From Eledone cirrhosa (taxonomy: Eukaryota), in the NCBI GenBank assembly GCA_964016885.1, contig OZ024748.1, forward strand, positions 43,338,001 to 43,402,000: a stretch of DNA of 64,000 nucleotides, read 5' to 3'. Positions 13,561-27,035 of the stretch are shown here, piece after piece. Under the pieces are notes generated by a model. It saw only the letters and a program-made list of their open reading frames with translations, made no database searches and was not told the DNA's origin. A program made the translations under genes and the position numbers. How positions within the stretch are numbered: position 1 is the stretch's first letter; each line of letters starts with the position of its first letter.

Positions 13561-14948
13561 GTCTAAAATTCTATCAGATATATTCAAAAATATATTTGAA
13601 GTTACCACCCTTTCCCTTACGATGTCTTGTTTGAACATTCCATGATGGCACAGTTAAGACAGGTCATCACGAGATCAGTGACAGTTCTTATATGGACTTG
13701 CTACTACTCCTTGCTTGTACATTCTATTTTGGCACAGTTTGGAAGGGTCAGATTGTCAAGGTCTGAGGCAATTCTTATTTGGAGATACTGCCATTTCTTC
13801 TACGATGTCTTGTTTCTACATTCTGTTTTGCCAAAGTTTGGCTGGATCATCATGAGGTCTGTGACAGTTTATATTTAAAGTTACTGCCCCATTCCTCTAC
13901 GATGTCTCAGAGTTTTGTCAGGCCATCATGAGGTCTGGGGCCTTTTTTATTTGGAGATACTGCCCGTTCCCCTACAATGTCTTGTTTGTACATTCAATTT
14001 TTGTAGAGTTTTGTCGGGTCATCATGGTCTGAGGCAGTTTATATTTAGAGTTACTGCCTCCACCCAATTGAGAAATATGTCTCGTTTCTGTGTTACAATT
14101 TGGCACAGTTTCTGCAACTGTCTGCCTCTCCTCCCCAACACCACCATAACTGACAACATAAATAGCAGTCACATATATAAGTCAATTAAAAGGTTCTAAT
14201 TCTCCACCTAAAATAATTTGTGATCAACATTTCCTAAATAAATATTTTTGTTATGTTAAATTAAGAGGAGCTGAGAGTTGTAATTATAAGCAACCAAAGA
14301 GACAATGATAACGAGGTCTGAAAATATGTTTCATAACCTTCCTCTTTATTATATATAAACTGGCTGACTTTCAACAGAGCGTGCTGTTTAATTAAAATAA
14401 AGAGCTGCTGTATTCAGTGCTGGATTTAGGACAAATGAGGCCCTGTGCTTGTTAAGTTATGAGGCCCCTTACGGAGGTAATTCATAAAAATTTGCAAGGT
14501 CAGAAATATTGTTCTCAAAATAAATAATACCAAAATCTCATAGATTCAATATTATGTGAGATAATTATGTGATGTAAAGCCTTTACCATGAAAATATAGT
14601 AAATATAGAGTAAAGTAAATGCTAAATAGCTTAATATCATAGAACCAGGAATGGTTTCAAGCAGTTTGGTATCAAAAGAGTTAATGCATTATATTTCACT
14701 TAGAATATAACTGGCTGACTTGGTGTGACCTCTTTTAAGGTACTTCACACTACTTCACCTCTCATCAGCCATATTGTGTCCAGACCCATGTATATGGGTG
14801 TGTGTCTGACTGTGTCTGTGTCAGTGTGTGTGTGTGTGTGTGTGTGTGTGCTGATGCCAATCCTTTTCTGTTTAATGGGTTTATACATCCTGTTATTATT
14901 AGACTATTTTATATAGTCAAACGTTACGGAGAAATCTTCTTATTCAAT

Positions 14949-14983
<35 letters not shown>

Positions 14984-15083
14984 ATTAATGAATGAAACAA
15001 AACAATATATATGTATATATGTATAATATATATTTATGTCTACAAACAATTCCACATTCTGCCAAGTGTATTTTATTGTAACA

Positions 15084-15118
<35 letters not shown>

Positions 15119-15288
15119 TATATATATACAGTGCGTACAGGACCATTGTGCCAAAAGTAGAAACAATTATATAAAATATATATATATAAAATATATGTAG
15201 AGGTTATATTTAATTTGTTGGGATACAAACTAAAACTAACCTATATTATATTTTATTATATATTATATAAAACTAACCTATATTATAT

Positions 15289-15348
15289 TTTATCTGATGA
15301 AAGCGCACCATAGTTTGCCTTGGTGGCCCTTGAAATATGTATAATGAA
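15289..15348 (+). ncRNA. Minimal type I hammerhead ribozyme motif (Penelope-like pLTR type)
   Basis: UUUAU-CUGAUGA-[aag..cacca...uggug..cuu]-GAAA-UAUGUA-UA-AUGAA, then AATAAA. Homolog at 51624-51682(-). Confidence 0.75.
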
Positions 15349-15758
15349 ATAAATATGGTTTTATAAATATAGTTTCCATTTGTTAATATATTGTATATAT
15401 AAAATATATATATATACATTTTATACCATAAGAGGTACGCGTGCACACATACATACATACATATACATGATGCAACAGGAAATATGCTATGTGCTTATGT
15501 CTGCTTCCTTCAACTCTGCCTTTATAACAGGTTTCAACTTTCACAGTAAATAGGGTGTTTTCACTACTTAGCGACATTGAAGGTCATATTCATATTACTA
15601 CACTACAGATAATTCTAAACTATTAAATAAAAACTTCTGAAGCTTACACAATGGAACATTGTAAGCACGTGAAAAACAACTAGCTTTTTGTTTGTTGTAC
15701 AAGACACTTTTGTTTAAAACTTTTTTTTTTAAATGCGTGTGTATGTATGTGTGTATGA

Positions 15759-15802
<44 letters not shown>

Positions 15803-16129
15803 TTAAAAGGTCAACGTGTTCCAGCATAAATATATATATAAATATGTATGTATATAGGTGTGTGTGTGTATTATATATTTAAAAGATCAACAAGTTCCGG
15901 TATTTTGAATATGTCAATAAGGCAGCATAATATATAGATATATAATGGTTTCTGTTTTAGGCACATCATTATCATCATCACCATTTAACGTTAATTTTTC
16001 CACGCTACCATGAGTTAGACGAGTTGTCCTGTTGTATGCAATGTCAGGTCAGGTGACCTTGTCTTGCACATACAGAACTGATTTTGGCTTGGTTTCTACA
16101 GCTGGAAGCCCTTCTTAGTGCCAACCTCA

Positions 16130-16800
16130 TTTACAGTGTGTACTGAGTGCTTTTTGTCATGTCACCTACATGACCACTTTACAGTGTGTACTGAGTGCTT
16201 TTTGTCATGTCACCTACATGACCACTTTACAGTGTGTACTGAGTGCTTTTTGTCGTGTCACCTACAGGACCGCTTTACAGTGTGTACTGGGTGCTTTTTG
16301 TCGTGTCACCTACAGGACCACTTTACAGTGTGTACTGGGTACTTTTTGTCATGACTCCTACATGACCACTTTACAGTGCGTACTGGGTGCTTTTTGTCGT
16401 GTCACCTACAGGACCGCTTTACAGTGTGTACTGGGTGCTTTTTGTCGTGTCACCTACAGGACCACTTTACAGTGTGTACTGGGTACTTTTTGTCATGACT
16501 CCTACAGGACCACTTTACAGTGTGTACTGGGTACTTTTTGTCATAACACCTACATGACCACTTTACAGTGCGTACTGGGTGCTTTTTGTCATGTCACCTA
16601 CACGACCGCTTTACAGTGCGTACTGGGTGCTTTTTGTCATGACTCCTACACGACCGCTTTACAGTGCGTACTGGGTGCTTTTTGTCATGACTCCTACACG
16701 ACCGCTTTACAGTGCGTACTGGGTGCTTTTTGTCGTGTCACCTACAGGACCACTTTACAGTGTGTACTGAGTGCTTTTTGTTGTGTCACCATCACAACCA
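16130..16800. repeat. 48-bp minisatellite (about 14 copies) expanded inside an RTE/SINE-type 3' tail
   Basis: Unit tttacagtgtgtactgggtgctttttgtcgtgtcacctacaggaccac. It is preceded by the tail sequence gtttctacagctggaagcccttc and catcatcat-ttaacg on the minus-oriented element. Confidence 0.92.
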
Positions 16801-17398
16801 CTTTAGGGGAGGGGAAAGTCTATCTATGTGTCATCAACCCTGAAAAATTCATTGCTAGGGACATAGGCCATCCCCCAAGCTGCACTATCTTTGGTGATCC
16901 AGAGTCATTCGTGGTCCTAATTTTTCAATTTTCTGTGGTGACCACAGCAGAGTTATCCAAGGTGGATTTAGCCAGAGTGTAACAATTGCTATATCTCTGC
17001 ACTTAACTCAGCACATTGGTGCTATTGATGCTGCAGCTACTTCTGTCTGTGTGTGTGTGAGTCTCTGTGTGTGTGTGGTTGATAATTGCTAAGTGGTCTG
17101 CGGAGACACACCCACACTCACATATCATCATCATCATCATTTTATGTCTGCTTTTCCCTGCTTGCAAGGATATATATATATATATATACACACACCAACA
17201 TCTCACACTTGTGTATATATATATATATATATATACAAGTGTATATATATATAATTATACATACAAGTGTATATATATATACACAAGTGTGTATATATAT
17301 ATATATATATACACAAGTGTGTATATATATATATATATATACACAAGTGTATATATATATATATATACACAAGTGTATATATATATATATATATACAA

Positions 17399-17444
<46 letters not shown>

Positions 17445-17460
17445 CAACATCTCACACTTG

Positions 17461-17516
<56 letters not shown>

Positions 17517-18558
17517 AGTGTGTATATATATATACAAGTGTATATCTATACTATAAAGCCGACATTGTTATACACGCTGACAAGGTTCCACCTGGTGAGC
17601 ATCGTAGACACTTCAATGCTCCAGCTGTCCTTGCTGGTCACACCGGGGGAAAGTGTGATATAGTCATCCGACTTGGTGATGAAGGTCTAAAAAAAATTCC
17701 CGATACCAACCAAGCATACGATGGCCTTCAGTACCCACTTCTGTACCAACAGGGGAGCATGGATACCACTGGCTGCTTCGTCAAGTTGGATCTAATGGTG
17801 AGCCAACCAACAAGAAAGTCTCTGCGATGGATTTTTATGCCTTTCCCCTGATGCTTCGTTCAAACAACTTCGATCATCTTCACCCAGCACGCGACCTATT
17901 TCACCAAGATAGAGAGTGAACGCCTTGCTTATACTGCAAGGCATCAGAAGGAACTTTGAAGCTGACAACTAGGCTCACCTTCGTGATGCTGTGAATAATG
18001 ATGCCAGACATGGCCACGAGATTGGTAAGTTGGTTATCCTCCCTTCCACCTTCGCAGGCAGTCCTTGATATATTCATGAGAAGACTCAAGATGCAATGAC
18101 ATACGTGAGGCACTATGGCTGTCCCAACCTTTTCATCATTTTCACATGCAACCCAAGGTGTATGAAACAACTGGTGAACTCCTTCCTGGCCAAACGTCTG
18201 CTCACCGTCATGACCTTATTGCAAGAGTATTCCGTCTGAAAGTTATGAAGCTGACGTCAATCCCAACGAAGTAAGAAATCTTTGGATCAACACGATGTGA
18301 TATGTGCACCATTGAGTGGCAGAAACGAGGACTTCCCCATGCCCACATTCTAATCTGGCTAATCGAGAAAATCCGTCCTTCCCGGATTGACTCATTGATC
18401 CTGCAGAACTCCCTGATCCTGCAGAAGACCAGAGGCTGTTCGACATTATCACAGCTCAAATGGTTCATGGTCCATGTGGGGAATTCAACCCAAGGTCACC
18501 TTGCATGGAAGATGGAAAATGCAGCAAGAAGTTTCCACGCAAATTCCTAAAGGAGACA

Positions 18559-19134
18559 CAAACAGAGCATGATGGCTACCCACTGTATAGGAGAAACAGG
18601 GCATGATGGCTACCCACTGTATAGGAGAAACAGGGCATGATGGCTACCCACTGTATAGGAGAAACAGACCATGATGGCTACCCACTGTATAGGAGAAACA
18701 GGGCAGGATGGCTACCCACTGTATAGGAGAACAGGGCATGATGGCTACCCATTGTATAGGAGAAACAGGGCAGGATGGCTACCCACTGTATAGGAGAACA
18801 GGGCATGATGGCTACCCACTGTATAGGAGAAACAGGGCAGGATGGCTACCCACTGTATAGGAGAAACAGGGCAGGATGGCTACCCACTGTATAGGAGAAC
18901 AGGGCATGATGGCTACCCATTGTATAGGAGAAACAGGGCATGATGGCTACCCATTGTATAGGAGAAACAGGGCATGATGGCTACCCATTGTATAGGAGAA
19001 ACAGGGCATGATGGCTACCCACTGTATAGGAGAAACAGGGCATGATGGCTACCCACTGTATAGGAGAAACAGGGCATGATGGCTACCCACTGTATAGGAG
19101 AAACAGGGCATGATGGCTACCCACTGTATAGGAG
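18559..19134. repeat. 34/33-bp tandem array (about 17 copies) inside the Helitron Rep coding region
   Basis: Unit gagaaacagggcatgatggctacccactgtatag, covering the DGYPLYR codons. Confidence 0.95.
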
Positions 19135-20553
19135 AAGAAAGCCAGAGGATGGTGGGAAAACACACACAGCCATTATAAGAGTCAGTGGTCAGCCAGAACA
19201 ATTCATTATTGACAACAGGTGGATTGTTGCGTACTGTCCTCTCCTCTCCAAAGCCTTCGATGTACACATCAACATTGAATTCTGCAATTCCATAAAGTCT
19301 ATCAAATATGTCAACAAGGGGTCAGACATGGCAGTGTTCAATCTTCAAGCACAGAATGGCAGAGATGAAGTGAAACAATACCAGAGTGATCGATACATAA
19401 GCAGCAATGAGGCCATTTGGCAAATTCTTGGTTTTCTACTTCATGAACGCCATCCTGCAGTCGAGCACCTGGCAGTGCATCTCGAAAATGGCCAGAGAGT
19501 TTTCTTCCATCCAGAACAGGCTGCTCAAATTGTTCAAGAACCATCGAAGAATACAACCCCTACGGCCTCTTTCAAGCTCTGCCAAGAAGACGAATTCGCT
19601 CAAACACTCTTCTATTGGCAACTTCCCCGCTTCTACACATGGAACAGACCAACCCGAATGTGGCAGCGTAGAAAGGCTGGCAAAGCAGTGGAAGGACACC
19701 CTCAAATCAAGTCAGCAGATGTTCTTGGAAGGGTCTACAGCGTCCATCCGACTCAGTTCGAGTGTTTCTTCCTAAGAATGCTCCTGTTCGAGGTTAGAGG
19801 ACCACAGTCTTTCCAAGATCTGAGAACCATCAATGGCCATCAATGTTCCACTTACAGTTTGGCTTGCCAGATGCATGGTATGTTACACGATGACAGCCAT
19901 TGGCACCTCACCCTGCAAGAAGCAGCAACTGCTAAAGTCCCTTCTCGGCTGCGAAAACCTTTTGCTATTATGCTGCACAACTGTGATCTCGCCGACCCTC
20001 TCGCACTGTGAAACAACCAGCATGAAAGTCTAGCTGAGGAAATCCTTCACCGCACACGCAGACACAATCCGAGCGTAACATACGATGTCGTTTTCAACGA
20101 GGCACTCATTTGTCTTGAAAACAGTGTCCTGGAGATTGGTGGTAGGCCTCTAAGTCACTACAGTTTACCTGCTCCTGACAGGAGTGACCAACGAACCCAA
20201 ATTGATCCATGATCAGCAACTGGCTTACAACACCATTGTTGATGATATGACAACTAACAAGGGTGGCCTCTTCTTCGTTGATGCTCCAGGAGGCACAGGA
20301 AAGACATTCGTCATCAACCTCTTACTTGCAACGGTGAGAAAGAACAGGTGGATCGCACTGGCCGTTGCTTCCTCTGGAATTGCAGCGACTCTTCTCTCCG
20401 GAAGTCACACCGCTCATTCCAGTTTCAAACTCCCGCTGAACCTTGCGAAGATTGAAACTCCAATCTGCAACATTCAACATGGAAGTGTTCTGGCTGATCT
20501 CATCAAGCAATGTCGCCTCATTCTCTGGGATGAATGCACTATGGCTCACAAAG

Positions 20554-20658
20554 GTACTTATTTCTAATTTGGGCGTCATTTTTTTTTCTATTTCTTTGTT
20601 TTTTGGCACTTTTGGCATCCTCCTATAATTCCTTTTCCATGTTTTTTTTCTCGCACAG
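20554..20658 (+). other. Spliceosomal GT-AG intron in the Helitron 2 helicase
   Basis: AAA G|gtactt...ttttttttctcgcacag|CT GCT TTT. Removal gives MAHKAAFEALDRTLQD, collinear with MAHRYLLEALDRTLRD in Helitron 1. Confidence 0.85.
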
Positions 20659-21492
20659 CTGCTTTTGAGGCGCTGGACAGGACACTGCAAGACATTTGAG
20701 GAAATAACTCCATCATGGGAGGTGTTACCTTCGTCATGGCTGGTGACTTCAGACAGACATTTCCAGTTATCCCTCGCGGAACTCGAGCTGATGAGGTGAA
20801 GGCATCAATTAAGTCTTCATACCTCTGGAACAAAATCTCAAAGCTCAGTCTGTCGACCAATATGAGGGTTCACCTGCATGGTGACCAACAAGCAGGAATT
20901 TTTGCACAGTACCTACTTGAGCTTGGAAGCAGGGCCACAAGTGCTGGCGATCGACTCATTGGTGTGGATGGAATTGGGATGGTTGTCCAGACAGAAGAAG
21001 AACTTTCATCCAAAGTCTTCCCACGGCTGTCTGAGAATTTCACTTGCCATGATTGGCTCTGTGAAAGAGCAATACTTGCACCAAGAAATTAGTGTCAGAG
21101 ACATCAACGATAGGCTTCTTAAGCAGATCCCTGGGCCTGTTCACACGTACCAGTCAATGGATTGTGTGGTTGACACAGATGTGGCAGTTCAATACCCAGT
21201 GGAATTCTTGAACGCTCTTGATTTGCCAGGAATTCCTCCACACTGGTTACAGTTAAAGCTTGGTTCCCCTATCATCCTGCTGCAAAATCTGAACCCACCA
21301 AAGCTCTGCAATGGCACACGACTTGCAGTGAAGCAGATACTGCGTCATGTCATTGAAGCCACAATCATGACTGGAGTTGGTAGGGAAGATGTATTTATTC
21401 CTCGCATCCCATTGCTGCCAGCCAACTTACCCTTTGAGTTCAAGCGACTTCAATTTCTAATAAGACTAAGCTTCGCAATTGCCATCAACAAT

Positions 21493-21838
21493 GGAGGCAC
21501 ATGGCTTAGTGGTTAGAGCATTGGCCTTGCAATCGAACGTTGTGGGTTCAATTCTTAGACCGGGTGATGTGTTGTTTCCTTGAGCAAGACACTTTATTTC
21601 ACATTGCTCCAGTTTACTCAGCTGTAGAAATGAGATGATAGGGACTGGGGGTCCATATCATGCCACTGCAAAGTGGTCGTGGATATACCACGGCAAAAAA
21701 GCACCCAGCCCACACTGTAAATGAGGTTGGTGTTAGGAAGGGCATCCAGCTGTAGAAATCAAGCTAGAATCAGTTCCCGTCCCACCCTTGCAAGCAGGGA
21801 AAAAGCGGACGTAAAATGAAATGATGATGATGATGATG
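21493..21838 (+). mobile_element. Full-length tRNA-derived SINE (family B) inserted in the Helitron helicase motif INK/AQGQ
   Basis: ggaggcacatggcttagtggttagagc head, B-box gggttcaattct, RTE-like tail gttaggaagggcatccagc...(gat)n. Near-identical copy at 38550-39003. Confidence 0.88.
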
Positions 21839-22191
21839 AAAGCTCAGGGTCAAAATCTACAAGTGGCCGGCCTTCATCTTGGAAAACCATGCTTCTCCCA
21901 TGGTCAATTGTATGTAGGATGCTCTAGGGTGAGCTCGGCAAACAATCTCTTCATCTTTGCTCTGGAGGGCCGAACAAAAAATATTGTATACTCTGAGGCT
22001 CTAACAATGTAATATAAATATTTTCAGTTACTTGGAATCATAAAAGTGATTCAAACCCAACATCAGAGCACGTTAACCCCCACCTACCGCCACCTCACTC
22101 CAACCTCGCAGACTTGAGTGGGCGTATGGTATCTTTGCACTGGATAAAATGCCAGTATACCTTGCCGGGCGCCAGCCGGACGGGCCAGCTA

Positions 22192-22236
<45 letters not shown>

Positions 22237-22308
22237 CAAATAACGAAACGAAATTAAATTTCGTTTCGTTTGTAACTCACTTTTGTATGACTGACGCTTA
22301 AACAATTA

Positions 22309-22654
22309 AGTTAAAAATGTACATCCACATATGTATACTGAAATACTAGTATGCATATGAATACACACACGTATACATATGTAGATGTACCGAGTTTTTC
22401 ACTGGTCACTTTACTGTGAGTGTCCAGCTATTCTGTATGTAAACACACAGACAAACCGGTTTTTAGAGTCATACTGGTTTTTGAGGAAACACCTTTCCTC
22501 TATTCTCCAGAAAGCCAGACATACATACAGAATAGCTGGACACTCACAGTAAAGTGACCAGTGAAAAACTCGGTACATCTACATATGTATACGTGTGTGT
22601 ATTCATATGCATACTAGTATTTCAGTATACATATGTGGATGTACATTTTTAACT
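22309..22654. repeat. Foldback inverted repeat, 133-bp arms and 80-bp loop
   Basis: 22309-22441 is the reverse complement of 22522-22654 with no mismatch seen. Lies between (TA)n tracts. Confidence 0.92.
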
Positions 22655-22739
22655 ATATATATATATATATATATAACCCATGCTAGCGTGGAAGATGGAC
22701 GTTAAACGAAGATGATGATATATATATATATATATATCA

Positions 22740-23775
22740 CCAAAGGATACTAGCTCCTTCTATTGCCCAGATGGTTCTATAGAAATAGTAGACACTTTCC
22801 GTTACCTGGGTGACAAAATCAGCAGTGGTGGAGGGTGTTCTGAAAGTACAGTAGCCAGAGTCAGAACGGGATGGAAAAAGTTCAGAGAGCTTATACCGCT
22901 GTTGGCCACAAAAGGTTTCTCTCTAAAAATGAAAGGCAGATTGTATGATGCCTGTATACGAACAGCAATGCTAGATGGCAGTGAGTCACGGGCATTACGT
23001 GTAGAGGACCTGCGCAGACTGGAGAGAAACGAAGCTTGCATGCTCCGTTGGATGTGTAATAGTAATATACGTGAATGGCAAAGCATAAATGAACTAAGTG
23101 AGAAATTAGGAATAAGAGGGATCAGATGCTGTTTACTTGAGAGAAGACTACGTTGGTATGGTCACGCTTGAAAGACGACAGCTGCATAAAAAAGTGTAGG
23201 GCGAACAAAATTGATGGTAGTTACGGAGTTGGTAGACCCAGAAAAACCTGGGATTATCTGATAAATTCCGACCTCACACACTTACATCTCTCTAAGACAA
23301 TGTCTCTGGACCGAGATCTTTGGTGCTACGCAGTAATACAGAAGACCCGCCTTGCCTATGTACAAAGCGAAACCTACAGACAGTAGGCACCTCTAACAAA
23401 AATACACCCCCGCCCCACCTACAGTCAGTAGGCACCTCTTGACCAAATATACACCCCAATCCACTACCCCTACCCTATCCTCCCACTCCCACCAACAGCA
23501 CAAGAAAATGAGATCGAGATCGTGTAGGTGTCACGAGAAAAAACACACAGTCCACGCTGTAATGTGGCCGTGTAGGTAACACGGTAAAAACCTCCCAGTC
23601 CACACTGTAAATGTGGTTGGTGTTAGGAAGGGCATCCAGCCGTAGAAAACCTGCCAGATAGTCCTATATGAGCGAGACACGGTCACCCAACCAGCCTTGC
23701 CTCAAGCGGGACAACTCCCGTCTAACCCATGCTAGCGTGGAAAATGTACATTAAACGAAGATGATGATGATGATA
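22740..23775 (+). mobile_element. RTE LINE 3' fragment
   Basis: FRYLG, GWKKFREL, RRLRWYGH, GRPRKTW; 3' UTR and (gat)n tail as in 34521-37262. Confidence 0.88.
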
Positions 23776-24479
23776 TATATATATATACACATACGAACAA
23801 CTCACACTCATATGAATATATATAAGCATATATATACACATACATATATATAATGACTAAATGGAGGTAATAAGACATCTACCTTTATTAATTAGCAGAT
23901 GTTGATAATATCAGACAAGATATCATCTGAAGATCTGAAGATCTCCCCTCTTTCCCACCCCTGAAATATCACAGGATGTTTTCAAGAGGAATTACTTAGA
24001 TTTCTGATAAAACAGATTAATATCTTTAATTGATGCCAATTCTGCCAGTAATAGCTGCTAGCAAAACAGAAATTTAAATATTCTATTCACTTTTTTTTTT
24101 TTTTAAATTGAAAAAATAAAAAAGATATAGTGTAATTAGATTTTCAGAGATAATTAAATTAATTTTAGCACCTAAAAAGTCAGCCAATCTCAAAGAAACA
24201 GATTTTCAAACATTTTTTTTTCATTCTTTTTATTACCATATTTCTAATGACATCAACAACAAATGTTTTAAAGCCATTTTCCCTGCTACAACAAGAGGTT
24301 AGCCATATGACAAACACTGTACAAGGTCAGCTGAAAAGTTCATAGGCTGACTATGAAGGAGTGATGCTAGAGCCATGAAATCTGGCAAGCATTAATTTCA
24401 ACTCTTCTTATTAATAACTGCATTGTTTCTTTCTAGGGACTATGTTGAAAAATAAACCTTATTTGGTCATTACATGAGA

Positions 24480-24810
24480 CAGTACTGGGTGTATTTTATT
24501 GTGGAACCAGTGCTAACAGTTTACAGAGTGTACTGGGTGTATTTTATCGTAGCATCAGCACTACCATTTTACAGAGTGTACTGGGTGTGCTTTATTGTAG
24601 CACCAGCACTACTAATTTACAGTGCACTGGGTGTATTTTATTGTAGCACTAGCACTACTAATTTACAGCGTACTGGGTGTATTTTATTGTAACATCAGCT
24701 CTACCGTTTTACAGAGTGTACTGGGTGTATTTCATTGTAGCGCCAGCACTATTAATTTACAGAGTGTACTGGGTGTGTTTCATTGTAGCATCAGCTCTAC
24801 TAATTTACAG
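24480..24810. repeat. Degenerate ~47-bp tandem repeat related to the 16130 array
   Basis: tttacagagtgtactgggtgtattttattgtagca units. Confidence 0.75.
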
Positions 24811-24826
24811 ATTATAGTATTGTATC

Positions 24827-25021
24827 AGACCTGCCAACCTCTAAAAACCGAAACGAGGAGTACCATGAAAAAAAAGGGTCCCAAAACGAAGAGAAATGAG
24901 GCAAAATGGGAAGATTTTACATAATAAAAGCTATACCTATTTTCACAAGATAAGACATCTCTTACCTACCCCAGATTGGTTGGGAGATCTCCCCATCAGA
25001 CGGAGAGAGTTGACAGGTCTG
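24827..25021. mobile_element. Putative hAT-like MITE
   Basis: Terminal inverted sequences cagacctgccaac / gttgacaggtctg; the TSD is imperfect. Confidence 0.45.
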
Positions 25022-25152
25022 TTGTAACCTTAATGTATTTTTTATGTATATTATATATACATGTACTTTCAGAAAATCAACCAATAAAAATCAATATATA
25101 TATATATATTAGATATATATATATATATAGATATATACATATATATATATAG

Positions 25153-25183
<31 letters not shown>

Positions 25184-25190
25184 TATAGAC

Positions 25191-25446
<256 letters not shown>

Positions 25447-25845
25447 CATCATCATCGTTTAACGTCCATGTTCCACGCTTGCATGGGTTTGGACGGGAGT
25501 TTTCCCACTTGAGGCAAGAGTGGTTGTCTTGCTCGTATAGGGCTGACTGGCGGGTTTTCTACAGCTGGATGCCCTTCCTAACACCAACCACGTTTACAGT
25601 GTGGACTGGGCGGTTTTTACCATGTTACCTACACGACCAGATTACAGCGTGGACTGTGTGTTTTTTTGTCGTGACACCTACACAACCTCATTTGTTTCGG
25701 ACTGGATGTTGTGGTACCAACATAGCTTTACATTTAAGGGGGTGGTGTGGATGGGGTGGGGGTAGTGGGACGGGGGTGTATTTTGTTAGAGGTGCTTACT
25801 GACTGTAGGTTTCGCTTTGTACTTAGGTAAGGCAGGTCTTCTGTA
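25447..25845 (-). mobile_element. RTE LINE 3' UTR fragment
   Basis: Reverse complement of 26495-26890 with mismatches; (gat)n tail at 25447. Confidence 0.85.
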
Positions 25846-25849
25846 ATAT

Positions 25850-26881
25850 AGATTTTATATGTGGCCGGTGCTCTGGTGCAATAAGTAGCAGCAAGTGCCC
25901 ACAGAATACTAGCTCATTCCATTGCACAGATGATGGTTCTATAGAAATAGTGGAACCTGGGTGACAAAATCAGCAGTGGGGGAGGGTGCTCTGAAAGTAC
26001 AGTAGCTAGAGTCAGAACGGGATGGAAAAAGTTCAGAGAGCTTATACCACTATTGGCCGCTAAAGGGTTCTCTCTAAAAATGAAAGGCAGGTTGTATGAT
26101 GCCTGCATACGAACAGCAATGTTACATGGCAGTGAGACCTGGGCATTGTGTGCAGAGGATATACGCAGACTGGAGAGAAACAAAGCTTGCATGCTCCACT
26201 GGATGTGTAATAGTAATATACGTGAACGGCAAAGCATAAACGAACTAAGGGAGAAATTAGGAATAAGAGGGATCAGATGTTGTTTACTCGAGAGAAGGCT
26301 ACGTTGGTACGGTCACGTGATGCGCATGAAAGATGACAGCTGTATAAAAATGTGCAGGGCGATAAAAATAGACGGTAGCCACGGAGTAGGCAGACCCAGA
26401 AAAACCTGGGACGACTTGAGAAATTCCGACCTCACACACTTACACCTCTCCAAGACAATGTCACTGGACCGAGATCTTTGGCGCTACACAGTAATACAGA
26501 AGACCCGCCTTGCCTAAGTACAAAGCGAAACCTACAGTCAGTAGGCACCTCTAACAAATTACACCCCCGTCCCACTACCCCCCCACCCCATCCACACCAC
26601 CCCCTTAAATGTGAAGTTATGTTGGTACCACAACATCCAGTCTGAAACAAATGAGGTCGTGTAGGTGTCACAACAAAAAAACACACAGTCCACGCTGTAA
26701 TCTGGTCGTGTAGGTAACATGGTAAAAACCGCCCAGTCCACACTGTAAACGTGGTTGGTGTTAGGAAGGGCATCCAGCCGTAGAAAACCCGCCAGACAGT
26801 CCTGAGCAAGACAACCAATCTTGCCCCAAGTGGGACAATTCCCGTCCAGGCCCATGTTAGCGTGGAAAATGGATGTTAAAC

Positions 26882-26912
<31 letters not shown>
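25850..26912 (+). mobile_element. RTE LINE 3' fragment
   Basis: ORF 26053-26517 (RRLRWYGHV, GRPRKTW), 3' UTR and (gat)n tail. Confidence 0.9.
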
Positions 26913-26914
<2 letters not shown>

Positions 26915-26927
26915 AGAGAGAGAGAGA

Positions 26928-26971
<44 letters not shown>

Positions 26972-27035
26972 TGTGTATATATATATTATATATATATATA
27001 AAAGAAATTTTCGCTCTACATGGCTGAATACAATA

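Larger units (their letters stand above)
17545..22192 (+). mobile_element. Helitron 2 (internally deleted, decayed Rep-Helicase)
   Basis: A|TCtatactataaagc 5' end; GC-rich 3' hairpin followed by CTAG|T at 22189-22193. Motifs IEWQKRGLPHAHILIW, DGYPLYRRR, DAPGGTGKT, LWDECTM, AGDFRQ, INK/AQGQ, FSHGQLYVGCSRV. Confidence 0.92.

Noticed and set aside
16170-16982. 270-aa Cys-rich repeat ORF (also 10648-11052)
   Set aside because: Open only because the 48-bp and 57-bp units are multiples of 3; derived from retroelement tail or satellite sequence.
17067-17663. [12 protein letters not shown] ORFs here and at 25069, 39339, 51433 and 52164
   Set aside because: Translations of (TA)n, (TG)n and (GA)n microsatellites.
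21493-21560. tRNA gene (also other A/B-box heads)
   Set aside because: No closed cloverleaf; continues into SINE body and tail.
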